This document shows positions 24,262 through 35,385 of a DNA stretch of 64,000 nt, one piece after another (positions within the stretch are counted from its first letter, which is position 1; the number at the start of each line of letters is the position of its first letter). Both the position numbers and the translations under genes were made by a program. Under the pieces are notes generated by a model, which was not told the origin of the DNA, did no database searches, and worked only from the letters and a program-made list of their open reading frames with translations. The stretch is taken from assembly GCF_003334385.1 (NCBI RefSeq), contig NZ_QOWN01000022.1. One strand, written 5' to 3'. The stretch is from Escherichia coli (lineage in GTDB: Bacteria; Pseudomonadota; Gammaproteobacteria; Enterobacterales; Enterobacteriaceae).

Positions 24262-25182
24262 TTACAGAGTTTCCTCAAAGAACGGAGCTAATACTGAAAT
24301 TGCTTCAGCCACATAGGCTTTGCCGTCATAAAGATCCATATGGTTTGCGCCTTCAACAATGTGATAGCGTTTATCCTGGCTTGATGCTCGATCGTACAGG
24401 TCGTCACTCATCCATTTGCTCCCTGCCTGGCTGCCCGCCACAATCTGCGTCGGCTGAGTCAGGTACACTTCCGCCATATGGTAAGCATCATAGGTAATAA
24501 TCTGGTTAAGGCTGCGCAAAGTAGCGTAACCCGGTGCTGTTGGATACTGCGCGCGAGGGGGGTGGTAATACTCCCAGGCCTGACGCAGTTCTTCGTTCGG
24601 CGCATCGGACTCCTTCATTGGTGCCAGTGGCATAATGGCGTATTCTCCGCTGCTAATATCGCTGGTTCTGGCGTTTGAACCCGCTTCAACGTATGGCAGG
24701 GCATCAATAGATTTCACATTGTTTTCCCAACCATTACGGAATATCGAACCAATATTGACCGCACTAACGGTACCGATGGCCTTGATGCGGCGATCCTGAA
24801 TTGCAGCATTGGCTGTATATCCTGCACCGGCACAAATTCCCATCGCACCAATTCGGGTATTGTCGACATAAGAAAGCGTTGTCAGGTAATCAATCACGGC
24901 ACTGATGTCTTCAGTACGAATGTATGGGTTTTCTAACTGACGCGGCTCGCCGCCACTTTCACCTTGATAAGATGCGTCATAAGCAATAGTGACAAATCCC
25001 TTTTCCGCCAGTTTTTTGGCATAGGTTCCGGCCGTTTGTTCTTTAACGCCCCCACCTGGGTGAGATAACACAATTGCCTGATACTGACGGGTTTCATCAA
25101 ATTTTGGAGGGAAATAGATCACTGCAGACAAAGAGATGGTTGGATTATTGCTGTTAGTGAAGCTGACTTTATTATTCATCAT
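24262..25182 (-). CDS. ycjY: alpha/beta-hydrolase (putative peptidase/dienelactone-hydrolase-like)
   Basis: 306-310-aa ORF with nucleophile-elbow-like GICAGAG. The start is ambiguous (25182 vs 25194). Confidence 0.88.
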   Translation of the reverse strand: MMNNKVSFTNSNNPTISLSAVIYFPPKFDETRQYQAIVLSHPGGGVKEQTAGTYAKKLAEKGFVTIAYDASYQGESGGEPRQLENPYIRTEDISAVIDYLTTLSYVDNTRIGAMGICAGAGYTANAAIQDRRIKAIGTVSAVNIGSIFRNGWENNVKSIDALPYVEAGSNARTSDISSGEYAIMPLAPMKESDAPNEELRQAWEYYHPPRAQYPTAPGYATLRSLNQIITYDAYHMAEVYLTQPTQIVAGSQAGSKWMSDDLYDRASSQDKRYHIVEGANHMDLYDGKAYVAEAISVLAPFFEETL

Positions 25183-25319
25183 TCCGTTCCTCATGGAGTT
25201 GTCGGTTCGTTTTAACGGTTGGTGATATCACTATAGATATTGATCATTAAGTTGATTAGACCCAAAATCATGATTAGACCTATCATTTAAATGATTAATA
25301 GATTGCATGGAGATACTGA

Positions 25320-26219
25320 ATGAAGCGTGAAGAAATCGCTGATCTGATGGCGTTTGTCGTCGTTGCAGAGGAGCGTAGCTTCACTCGTGCAGCAGCCCGC
25401 CTGAGCATGGCGCAGTCAGCTTTAAGCCAGATAGTGCGTCGTATAGAAGAACGATTGGGATTGCGGCTTCTGACGCGAACCACGCGCAGCGTTGTTCCAA
25501 CTGAAGCGGGCGAGCATCTTTTGTCTGTTCTTGGCCCTATGTTGCATGACATAGATTCAGCCATGGCATCCCTGAGCGATCTGCAGAACCGCCCATCCAG
25601 GACAATACGTATTACTACTGTAGAACATGCAGCAAAAACGATATTGTTACCAGCAATGCGCACATTCCTGAAATCGCATCCTGAAATTGATATTCAGCTC
25701 ACCATTGATTATGGTTTGACCGATGTCGTTTCTGAACGTTTTGATGCAGGCGTCCGTCTGGGTGGGGAGATGGATAAAGATATGATCGCCATTCGAATCG
25801 GGCCAGATATACCAATGGCTATTGTTGGCTCACCGGATTATTTTTCTCGCCGAAGTGTTCCAACGTCAGTGTCACAATTAATAGATCATCAGGCAATTAA
25901 TTTGTATCTTCCCACATCGGGTACAGCAAATCGCTGGAGATTAATACGCGGTGGACGTGAAGTTCGTGTTCGCATGGAAGGTCAGCTTTTACTGAATACG
26001 ATAGACCTGATCATTGATGCTGCAATTGATGGGCATGGATTGGCGTATCTACCTTATGATCAGGTTGAGCGGGCTATTAAAGAAAAAAAACTGATACGTG
26101 TTTTGGATAAATTCACACCAGATTTACCCGGTTATCACCTGTACTATCCACACCGTCGACATGCTGGCTCGGCATTCTCATTATTTATAGATAGGCTGAA
26201 GTATAAAGGTGCTGTTTAG
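25320..26219 (+). CDS. pgrR: LysR-type regulator of peptidoglycan recycling genes
   Basis: 299-aa ORF with an N-terminal LysR HTH (FVVVAEERSFTRAAARLSMAQSALSQ), divergent from ycjY. Confidence 0.92.
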   Translation: MKREEIADLMAFVVVAEERSFTRAAARLSMAQSALSQIVRRIEERLGLRLLTRTTRSVVPTEAGEHLLSVLGPMLHDIDSAMASLSDLQNRPSRTIRITTVEHAAKTILLPAMRTFLKSHPEIDIQLTIDYGLTDVVSERFDAGVRLGGEMDKDMIAIRIGPDIPMAIVGSPDYFSRRSVPTSVSQLIDHQAINLYLPTSGTANRWRLIRGGREVRVRMEGQLLLNTIDLIIDAAIDGHGLAYLPYDQVERAIKEKKLIRVLDKFTPDLPGYHLYYPHRRHAGSAFSLFIDRLKYKGAV

Positions 26220-26555
26220 CACTACTTGCTGATACATTAATTTAATTCTTCTCTTAACGTATTCTCAGTTCCTTTCAACGTTTTGGTCATTTTTTATTCT
26301 TCGTACAATGGCGACAGATGCTGATTATGATACCGAAAACGGGTTTGAACGTGCGAAGCCCGAACGTAGTGTTCGGAGTTCTATGTGCTTTACCGCATTT
26401 TGGAGACTATTATTTACACTAAATCTGATTTGATATATTGATACTTAAAACATTTGATGCTTCCTTTGTCACTTTTTTGATGGAAGTTGTTTGCATTTCT
26501 TTAAGGCGAAACAAATAATTACGCATCAATTTTAATGTCGGTTAGAGGGAAACTT

Positions 26556-28169
26556 ATGAAGCACTCTGTTTCAGTCACGTGTTGTGCGCTGTTGGTCAGC
26601 AGCATTTCTCTTTCGTATGCTGCAGAAGTTCCGAGCGGCACAGTACTGGCAGAGAAGCAGGAGCTGGTGCGCCACATTAAAGATGAGCCTGCGTCGCTGG
26701 ATCCCGCTAAAGCCGTGGGCCTGCCAGAGATTCAGGTCATTCGCGATCTGTTTGAAGGTCTGGTGAATCAGAACGAAAAAGGGGAGATTGTCCCCGGCGT
26801 TGCGACTCAGTGGAAAAGTAATGACAACCGTATCTGGACTTTTACCCTGCGCGATAACGCAAAATGGGCGGATGGCACACCGGTAACGGCGCAAGATTTT
26901 GTCTACAGCTGGCAACGTCTGGTGGACCCAAAAACATTGTCGCCATTTGCATGGTTTGCCGCGCTGGCGGGAATCAACAACGCACAGGCGATTATTGATG
27001 GTAAAGCTACGCCTGACCAGCTTGGCGTCACCGCAGTTGATGCCCATACTTTGAAAATTCAGCTTGATAAACCGTTGCCGTGGTTTGTGAATTTAACCGC
27101 TAACTTTGCCTTCTTCCCGGTGCAAAAAGCCAACGTAGAAAGCGGTAAAGAGTGGACGAAACCCGGAAATCTGATCGGCAATGGCGCTTATGTTCTTAAA
27201 GAGCGCGTAGTCAATGAAAAACTGGTCGTGGTACCGAATACCCATTATTGGGATAACGCCAAAACGGTACTGCAAAAAGTGACCTTCCTGCCAATTAATC
27301 AGGAATCCGCAGCCACTAAGCGTTACCTCGCGGGGGATATTGATATCACCGAATCCTTCCCGAAAAATATGTATCAGAAGCTGTTGAAGGATATTCCGGG
27401 GCAGGTTTATACGCCGCCGCAGCTCGGGACCTATTATTATGCGTTTAACACGCAAAAAGGGCCGACGGCAGATCAGCGCGTTCGTCTGGCATTAAGTATG
27501 ACGATAGATCGCCGCCTGATGACCGAAAAAGTATTAGGGACGGGCGAAAAGCCAGCGTGGCATTTTACACCAGATGTTACCGCGGGATTTACGCCGGAAC
27601 CTTCGCCGTTTGAACAAATGAGTCAGGAAGAACTGAATGCGCAGGCAAAAACTTTGTTGAGCGCAGCTGGTTATGGTCCGCAAAAACCGCTGAAGCTGAC
27701 GCTTTTGTATAACACTTCAGAAAACCATCAAAAAATTGCGATTGCTGTAGCATCGATGTGGAAAAAGAACCTTGGCGTAGATGTTAAATTGCAAAATCAG
27801 GAATGGAAAACCTATATCGATAGCCGTAACACCGGCAATTTTGATGTTATCCGCGCCTCGTGGGTGGGGGATTATAATGAACCCTCCACTTTCCTGACAT
27901 TATTAACGTCAACGCATTCAGGAAATATTTCACGCTTTAACAATCCGGCATATGACAAAGTTCTGGCCCAGGCATCGACGGAAAATACCGTTAAAGCGCG
28001 TAATGCCGATTACAACGCGGCAGAAAAAATCCTCATGGAGCAAGCACCGATTGCACCAATTTATCAATATACCAATGGACGATTAATCAAGCCGTGGCTG
28101 AAAGGTTATCCCATTAATAATCCTGAAGATGTGGCGTACAGTCGGACTATGTATATTGTGAAGCATTGA
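26556..28169 (+). CDS. mppA: periplasmic murein tripeptide-binding protein (OppA paralog)
   Basis: ATG at 26556 gives a 537-aa MKHSVSVTCCALLVSSISLSYA protein with a signal peptide and family-5 SBP fold. Confidence 0.94.
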   Translation: MKHSVSVTCCALLVSSISLSYAAEVPSGTVLAEKQELVRHIKDEPASLDPAKAVGLPEIQVIRDLFEGLVNQNEKGEIVPGVATQWKSNDNRIWTFTLRDNAKWADGTPVTAQDFVYSWQRLVDPKTLSPFAWFAALAGINNAQAIIDGKATPDQLGVTAVDAHTLKIQLDKPLPWFVNLTANFAFFPVQKANVESGKEWTKPGNLIGNGAYVLKERVVNEKLVVVPNTHYWDNAKTVLQKVTFLPINQESAATKRYLAGDIDITESFPKNMYQKLLKDIPGQVYTPPQLGTYYYAFNTQKGPTADQRVRLALSMTIDRRLMTEKVLGTGEKPAWHFTPDVTAGFTPEPSPFEQMSQEELNAQAKTLLSAAGYGPQKPLKLTLLYNTSENHQKIAIAVASMWKKNLGVDVKLQNQEWKTYIDSRNTGNFDVIRASWVGDYNEPSTFLTLLTSTHSGNISRFNNPAYDKVLAQASTENTVKARNADYNAAEKILMEQAPIAPIYQYTNGRLIKPWLKGYPINNPEDVAYSRTMYIVKH

Positions 28170-28219
28170 TGTGATGGGAACTGGCGTTACCCTTGTGCAT
28201 AACGCCAGTGATGTCTGAT

Positions 28220-29251
28220 TTAGCGACCCTGTTCCGGCGGTGTAATGTTATCCATATACAGCGTCTGGCTGGGGAAGGCAAAGTCCGCGCCGTGTGACTG
28301 TACAATATCGATAATCTTCAAATAAACGTCTTGCTGTGCAGCAAGCCATTCAGCCCATACCGTGGTTTTGGTAAAGCAATAAACCATAATATTCAATGAA
28401 GAGTCAGCAAACTGGTTGAAATAAACCAGTAAGGTTTGTCGCTGGTCGATGGCCGGGTGATTTTTCAGCATCTCACGTACAGCTTCGACAATAACGCCCA
28501 CTTTTGCCGCATCCTCATAACGTAAACCAATGGTCGTGGTAATGCGGCGGTTGGTCATTCGTCCTGGGTTTTCTACGCTGATCGACGAAAACAGCGAGTT
28601 CGGTACGTACAATGGACGATTATCAAAGGTCGTAATTTTGGTAATTCGCCAGCCAATTTCCGCTACTGTACCTTCGATATTTCTGTCCGGTGAACGGATC
28701 CAGTCGCCAATACTGAAAGGACGGTCGAAATAGAGCATAATCCCGGAAAAGAAGTTACTCAGAATATCTTTACCGGCCATACCGACAGCCAGACCACCAA
28801 TACCACCAAAGGTCAGCAAGCCAGAAAGGCTCATGCCGAAATGTTCGCCATAAAGCAGAACAAGCACCACAATAATGGTGATTTTGATGATACGCGACAT
28901 AATCCGCGCACTGGTGATATCGCGACCTTTTTTAATCTGCTGTTTTTCAAACTGATTAATCAGCAGAAATAGCTTAATCGTCAGAATAACCGCAATCAGG
29001 GACGTACAGATAAAATCGATAACGCCTGGGGTGATAAATTTGAGTTTATAGTTTTCTATAACATAATTAATAATGCTACCAACAGCACTGATAATTATGG
29101 TGTAGATTAAAAATTGCACCGCATGGAATAAAAATCCTTTTCTTTTACGATTTCCACGGCGAAACCAAAAGCTCATCAGAATCAATGCTGCGCAGCTACC
29201 GAAAATAATGACCAGATTAAGCGCATTATTTGTAAACAGTTCAGCGATCAT
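28220..29251 (-). CDS. ynaI: MscS-family small-conductance mechanosensitive channel
   Basis: 343-aa ORF with multiple N-terminal TM segments and the conserved MscS pore/beta domain ([11 protein letters not shown]). Confidence 0.93.
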
Positions 29252-29494
29252 TGTTTTATCAGGCTCCTCCAGATAATTGTCGTCATGCCGGAAACCCCTG
29301 GCGGGGCTATTTTACCGCGACAATTCATTCAGATCATCAATAGTCAGGGAAGGAAGTAGCAACATTAGCTAACTAATCAATGCGTTGATTGTAAATCCAG
29401 CTAAGAGGTGAGGTTTTCAGAGCAGACAACGGTGAAATGTCATGGTATTGTTACGTTTAGGTAACAAGAAATTTGTCTGCACAAGGATTACATC

Positions 29495-29752
29495 ATGATT
29501 ATGGCGAAACTGAAGTCAGCGAAAGGGAAGAAATTTCTCTTTGGTTTGTTGGCGGTTTTCATTATTGCGGCGTCGGTTGTGACTCGCGCGACCATCGGCG
29601 GCGTTATAGAACAGTACAATATTCCGCTGTCTGAGTGGACGACATCAATGTATGTGATTCAGTCATCGATGATTTTTGTTTATAGCCTGGTCTTTACTGT
29701 GTTGCTGGCAATCCCGTTGGGAATTTATTTCCTTGGCGGCGAAGAGCAGTAA
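29495..29752 (+). CDS. ynaJ: small inner-membrane protein (DUF2534)
   Basis: 85-aa ORF with two hydrophobic segments, in its conserved position next to uspE. Confidence 0.85.
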   Translation: MIMAKLKSAKGKKFLFGLLAVFIIAASVVTRATIGGVIEQYNIPLSEWTTSMYVIQSSMIFVYSLVFTVLLAIPLGIYFLGGEEQ

Positions 29753-29761
29753 GTAAAAAAT

Positions 29762-29781
29762 AGGCCCGATAACTCGGGCCT
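29762..29781. terminator. bidirectional terminator hairpin between ynaJ and uspE
   Basis: aggcccga-taac-tcgggcct hairpin flanked by an A-run upstream. Confidence 0.7.
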
Positions 29782-29801
29782 TGTCAGTTATTGAAGAGTC
29801 G

Positions 29802-30752
29802 TTAATCGTCTTCTTCGTCATCCAGTTCAACGGGTGTCTGATACTGGTCAGGTTTAATGACCAGCAGGTCGCAGCGAAGATGATCAATCACCTGTTCCGC
29901 CGTGTTGCCGAGGAATGCTGCTGAAATACCGGTGCGTCCTACCGTGCCCAGAACCACAATCCCCGCCTGTAAGTGCTCCGCCAAATCAGGAATCACCTCT
30001 TCTGGCAGACCTTTTTCTACGTGCGTCATGTTTTCATTAATGCCGAATTTCTGCCGCAGGGCTTTCATTGCCAGCAAATGTTGCCCACGAATGGCATCGT
30101 TATAAACGCTCGGGTCAAATTCCGGCAGTTCAATCGCGATATTAATTGGCGTTACCGGATAAGCGCCAACCAGATGAACTTCGGTATGGTTGACTTGTTC
30201 TGCCAGTTCGATCGTCTCTTTGACCAGTTTTTCATTGAGCGCATTATGATACGGCTCTTCACTGGCGAGATTCACCGCCACCAGCGCCTTGCCTCCTTCC
30301 GGCCACGGCTGGTCTTTCACCATCCACACCGGGCTTGGGCATTTGCGTAACAGATGCCAGTCCGTTGGCGTAAAAATCACCGCTTCCAGACGGTCATGTT
30401 GGTGCGCCATTTTTAGCACCAAATCGTGTCCGCCGCTGATCACTTCCTGAATGATGGCTTCGAAAGGACGGTTATGCCAGACCACTTTAATTTCAATGGG
30501 AACGCCAGCATTGAGATAATATTTTGCCTGCTCGTGGATCCAGGCTGTACGCTGGCTGATGACGCCCTGACGCATAGCGGTACGTTCGTCCGGGGAGAGC
30601 AGGGTGGTCATTTCGTATGAGAAGTCATAGATCGGCAAAAAGGCTTTAATTTTGCCACCAATCCGTTGATGTAAATAAACAGCTCGCCGCAATGCTGGTT
30701 GGTCGTCCTGGTTAGGATCGATAACAACGAGCATGTTCTGATACATAGCCAT
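29802..30752 (-). CDS. uspE: tandem-domain universal stress protein E
   Basis: Start at 30752 gives a 316-aa [15 protein letters not shown] protein with two Usp domains. Confidence 0.94.
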   Translation of the reverse strand: MAMYQNMLVVIDPNQDDQPALRRAVYLHQRIGGKIKAFLPIYDFSYEMTTLLSPDERTAMRQGVISQRTAWIHEQAKYYLNAGVPIEIKVVWHNRPFEAIIQEVISGGHDLVLKMAHQHDRLEAVIFTPTDWHLLRKCPSPVWMVKDQPWPEGGKALVAVNLASEEPYHNALNEKLVKETIELAEQVNHTEVHLVGAYPVTPINIAIELPEFDPSVYNDAIRGQHLLAMKALRQKFGINENMTHVEKGLPEEVIPDLAEHLQAGIVVLGTVGRTGISAAFLGNTAEQVIDHLRCDLLVIKPDQYQTPVELDDEEDD

Positions 30753-30903
30753 ACAGGGTCTCCTTACAACAACTGTCAACGCAGTTTGTAATTAAAAGAT
30801 TAACCCATATCTGGTGAATGAAACAGTGATGAACCTTCTGCCAGATCAATAAATCAGAAAAATTTAATGATATGACAGAAGGATAGTGAGTTATGCGGAA
30901 AAA

Positions 30904-31656
30904 TCAGGCAACGTTACGCGTATGACCAGCAAGCTGGGCCAGCGCATCGTTATTTTCGATGGTGATGTATTTACCTTTGACTGCCAGCATGCCGCTTTTC
31001 TGGAAGCGACCCAGCAGACGGCTGATGGTTTCTACCGTCAGGCCCAGATAGTTACCGATATCGCCACGAGTCATCGTCAGGCGGAATTCACGAGGGGAGA
31101 AGCCGCGTTGGGCAAAACGACGGGACAGGTTGTAGATGAATGCAGCCAGACGTTCCTCGGCATTTTTCTTCGACAACAGCAGGATCATGTCCTGATCGCC
31201 TTTGATTTCACCGCTCATCAGACGCATCATCTGCTGACGCAGATTCGGCATTTTACCGGACAAATCGTCCAGCGTTTCGAACGGGATTTCACATACCATC
31301 GAGGTTTCCAGCGCCTGCGCGAAGCTCGGGTGATGGCCGCTGCCGATGGCGTCAAATCCCACCAGGTCGCCTGCTAAATGGAAACCAGTGATTTGCTCGT
31401 CGCCTTGCTCAGTGATGGTATAACTTTTAATCGTACCGGAGCGGATGGCATAAAGCGATTTAAGTTCATCACCAGCCTTAAACAGCGTCTGGCCTTTCTG
31501 AATAGGCTTCTTCCGCTCAATGATATTATCAAGCTGATCAAGCTCATGTTCGTTGAGTGTGAACGGGATGCAAAGCTGGCTGATGCTGCAATCCTGGCAA
31601 TGGATAGCACAACCGCCAGACTGAATGCGCCGTATAATTCGCTTTTCCGGGATCAT
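30904..31656 (-). CDS. fnr: oxygen-sensing global regulator FNR (CRP family, [4Fe-4S])
   Basis: Start at 31656 gives a 250-aa [29 protein letters not shown] protein with the N-terminal Cys cluster. Confidence 0.97.
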
Positions 31657-31850
31657 AGGTCTGCTCAAGCCGTAATTGATATTTGTCAATTTTAACATCT
31701 TTTTAGGGAGCAAGTAAGTCTAAGCAAACCTTAACAGCAGAGAATTCCGATATTAGATGTAAATATATGTCTATCTATTTGAAAACCCTTAAGTTGTTAA
31801 GGGTAACTTTACATAAAAGTGTGAACAAGCTGGCACAAATTGTTTAATGT

Positions 31851-32366
31851 TTACAGCAAAAGATAACCTTCATGGCGCAATAACCACTCTTTTCGCTGAA
31901 CTCCGCCTGCATATCCGGTCATGGTGCCGTTTCGGCCAATAACCCGATGGCAAGGTACGACGATGCTGATGGGATTCGATCCGTTTGCCGCACCAACGGC
32001 ACGCGCCGCGCCAGGACGGCCCAATTGCTCAGCCAGTTGGCCGTAATGCATTACCTGCCCGCAGGGGATAGTGCGTAGTGTTTTCCAGACTTCGCGCTGA
32101 AATGGCGTCCCCCCCGTAGCAGTGGGAAGCGTATCAATAATGCTAAGATTACCGGCAAAATATTCACGAAGCTTGTCGCTTAAACCGCCTGGATTGGTGG
32201 CAGAAATGCGCTCATAGCCTTCTTTGCGATAATGGATGTCCAGCAGCTGCACCATGCGTTCGCTGTACTCTTCCCATTCAACCGCCCGCAGGCGAAATTG
32301 CTCATCGCAAATCACCCACAGTGGACCCAGTGGCGTGGCAATTTTTTCTTCAAGTAATCTCAGCAT
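31851..32366 (-). CDS. ogt: O6-alkylguanine-DNA methyltransferase
   Basis: 171-aa ORF with the active site PCHRV. Confidence 0.96.
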
Positions 32367-32376
32367 CCGTTCTCTC

Positions 32377-33903
32377 TTAAGACAAACGTGGGTAAATACC
32401 CGGACCTATCGGCAGACCGACAAGATACCACGCCAGCAACATCAGCAGCCATACCACCAAAAAGATAAGTGGATAGGGCAAGACTAACGAATAGTAAGTA
32501 CCCAGTTTCGCGTCTGGTTTGTAGCGTTGCAGGAATCCAAGAAACAGTGGAACAAAAGGAGATACCGGCGCTAAAGGCAATACGGATGAGTCGGCAATAC
32601 GAAAGAGGATTTGCGCAAATGCCGGGTGAAAGCCAAGTAGCATAAACATTGGTACGAAAATGGGGGCAAGAATCGACCAGATTGCGGAACCGCTGGCAAT
32701 AAACATGCATAAGAAAGAGGAAAGCAACGCCAGACCGACAAACGCCGGGATGCCGCTAAGCCCTGAACTTTCCAGTATATCGGTCAGCCCCACGGCGATG
32801 AATTTCCCCATGTTGCTCCAGTTAAACATGGCGACAAATTGGGCGAGGGGAAAAACCATCACGATAAATCCCGCCATCTCTTTCATCGGTTCAATCATTA
32901 AATGCGGTAAATCCGCCTGACGTCGAATTGTGCGGGTAGCGATGCCATAAGCCAGCGAGACAACAAAGAAAAAAAGAATGATCAGTGGCACGATACCTTT
33001 AATAAAGGGTGATGGCATCACGGTGTGATTAATCGGATCGCGCAATATCCCGTTTTGCGGGATCACCATCAGCGCAATCGCAGCAATAAAAAGTAGCGAT
33101 ACGACACCTGCTATGCGTAAACCAAAACGCTGACTTTCGGTCAATGTCTGCAGTTTCTCATCGCTGTTTCCCTGCCATTGACCTAACCGTGGCTCGATGA
33201 TTTTGTCGGTTATCAGGCCGCCAACAATCGTCAGTACGACTACGGAGCTGGCCATAAAATACCAGTTATCAATTACACTGACGTGCATTTGCGGATTGAA
33301 CGCAGCTGCCGCTTCCGTGCTGATCCCCGACAGCAACACGTCGGTTGTGACAATCAGTAAATTAGCCGTAAAGCCGCAACCTACGCCTGCAATGGCAGCC
33401 AGTAAACCTGCAACTGGATGCCTGCCCACCGCCAGAAAAATCAGCGCACCCATCGGTGGCATGATCACTAACGCCGCATCGGAAGAAATGTGGCTGAAAA
33501 AAGCAATAAACAGCACCATATAACTGGCGTAGCGGGCATTAACATGCGATGCCATTTTAACCATTAGTGCTGGCAGTAAGCCGACGCGCTCCGCCAGACC
33601 GGCACCTAAAACCAGCGCCAGGATCGCACCAAGTGGAGCAAAACCGCTAAAGTTTTTAATAACATTGGGTAAAAACCAGTGTAATCCTTCCACACTGAGC
33701 AGGTTTTTCACCACGACCGGCGTACCATCGGTCGGGTTTTTCGCACTGACGCCAAAGGCCGACAAAATTGCCGTCGTCACCATGAGTACGATAATCAAAT
33801 AGATAAAGAGCAGAAAAGGATGGGGAACCTTGTTACCAATTCTTTCGACCCAGCCATAGAGCTTCCCGGATTGGGAGGACGACGGTATGGATGACATACT
33901 CAT
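32377..33903 (-). CDS. abgT: p-aminobenzoyl-glutamate transporter (AbgT family)
   Basis: About 508-aa polytopic membrane ORF in the operon downstream of abgB. The start is ambiguous by 2 codons. Confidence 0.93.
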
Positions 33904-33939
33904 GGGCATTCCTCGGTTGTTGTGTTTGCGTTGTTGTTG

Positions 33940-35385
33940 TTATTTTAAAGGTGACGGTGTCACGTTTTTCGGGATAGGGCAGTGATACGGTTGCGTGTCC
34001 GTTACTTGCTGATGCTCTTGTTGGCATTCTTGCAATAGCCCTGAATCAAGGAAGAGATTGACTGTGGTTGCTGCCATAGTTTTCGCCGCCAGCAGCATTC
34101 CTTTATGAGCAATAGATGTTCGCCCCTGGCTAACCAGTTGCCACGTATGTAGCGGTGTACCGACGGCAAAACAGGGGCTGAAACACTGGGCAACAGGCAG
34201 TTTCCAACTGACGTCGCCGACATCAGTCGATGCCGCAAGCACGTTATCGGTGGCGGCATATGGAGCGACTTCATTCGCCAGTACCGTTTCACGATGACGT
34301 AGTGCAAAAACCTTGCCGTTTTCGCCACCGGTTGCGGCGATATTATTCAGACTGTTTTGCCGATCGTTGGAGGTGAGCGTAGCCTGAATTTGTTTCGCAA
34401 AAGCCAGTTCTTCGGAGTTCCATTCCGGGGTACCAAAATGGGATAGGGCCTGGTACATGGCATTTTCTAAGGTGCGATTCGGGAGATAACTGGAACAGGC
34501 TTTGTCGAAGCGGCATTCAACCGTGGTTTCGGTCATCAATGCCGCACCTTCGGCGATTTTGGCGACCCGATCATAAATATGCTGCACGTCGGTCATTTCG
34601 GGGGCGCGGATAAGATAAAGCACTTCTGCCTGCGCCTGGACCACGTTGGGCGAGATCCCGCCGCTATTTGTGATGGCATAGTGTACGCGCGCTTTTTCAA
34701 TAATATGTTCGTTGAGGAAGTTGGTGCCAGTGGTCATCAACGTTACGGCATCAAGGGCGCTGCGTCCCAAATGAGGGGAATTCGCGGCATGTGCTGCGAT
34801 CCCTTTAAAGCGCCATGATGCCTGAATGTTTGCCAGCGTGCGGGTATTGAACATACCGGCAAAGGCTTCCGGGTGCCAGGTGAGTGCCGCATCCACATCA
34901 TCAAATACCCCCTCGCGAACCATGAACGTTTTACCCGAGCCGCCTTCTTCGCCAGGACAACCATAAAAGCGCACCGTGCCGCCTTGCCCATATTGTTCCA
35001 GCCATTTCTTGACGGCTATTGCAGCGGCAAAGGCGGCGGTTCCCAGCAAATTGTGTCCGCAACCGTGACCATTTTCACCGGGCGTCACGGATGTAGGTTG
35101 CGCGCAACCTGCTTGCTGACTTAAACCTGCCAGGGCGTCATATTCTCCCAGCAGGGCGATAACCGGTTTGCCTTGACCAAACGAAGCAATAAAGGCATTT
35201 GGGATATTGCCTACGTTGCGGGTAACGGTGAAGCCTGCAGATTCCAGCGCCGAAGCCAGATGCTCCGCTGACCAGAACTCTTCAAAACGTGTTTCTGGAT
35301 GATCCCAGATTTGATCGGCAATATCGGTATAACGTTGGCGATCGGCTTCAATCGCATCGTCGATAAAACGATAGATTTCCTGCAT
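33940..35385 (-). CDS. abgB: p-aminobenzoyl-glutamate hydrolase subunit B (M20 peptidase)
   Basis: 481-aa ORF MQEIYRFIDDAIEADRQRY of the M20D family. Confidence 0.93.
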   Translation of the reverse strand: MQEIYRFIDDAIEADRQRYTDIADQIWDHPETRFEEFWSAEHLASALESAGFTVTRNVGNIPNAFIASFGQGKPVIALLGEYDALAGLSQQAGCAQPTSVTPGENGHGCGHNLLGTAAFAAAIAVKKWLEQYGQGGTVRFYGCPGEEGGSGKTFMVREGVFDDVDAALTWHPEAFAGMFNTRTLANIQASWRFKGIAAHAANSPHLGRSALDAVTLMTTGTNFLNEHIIEKARVHYAITNSGGISPNVVQAQAEVLYLIRAPEMTDVQHIYDRVAKIAEGAALMTETTVECRFDKACSSYLPNRTLENAMYQALSHFGTPEWNSEELAFAKQIQATLTSNDRQNSLNNIAATGGENGKVFALRHRETVLANEVAPYAATDNVLAASTDVGDVSWKLPVAQCFSPCFAVGTPLHTWQLVSQGRTSIAHKGMLLAAKTMAATTVNLFLDSGLLQECQQEHQQVTDTQPYHCPIPKNVTPSPLK

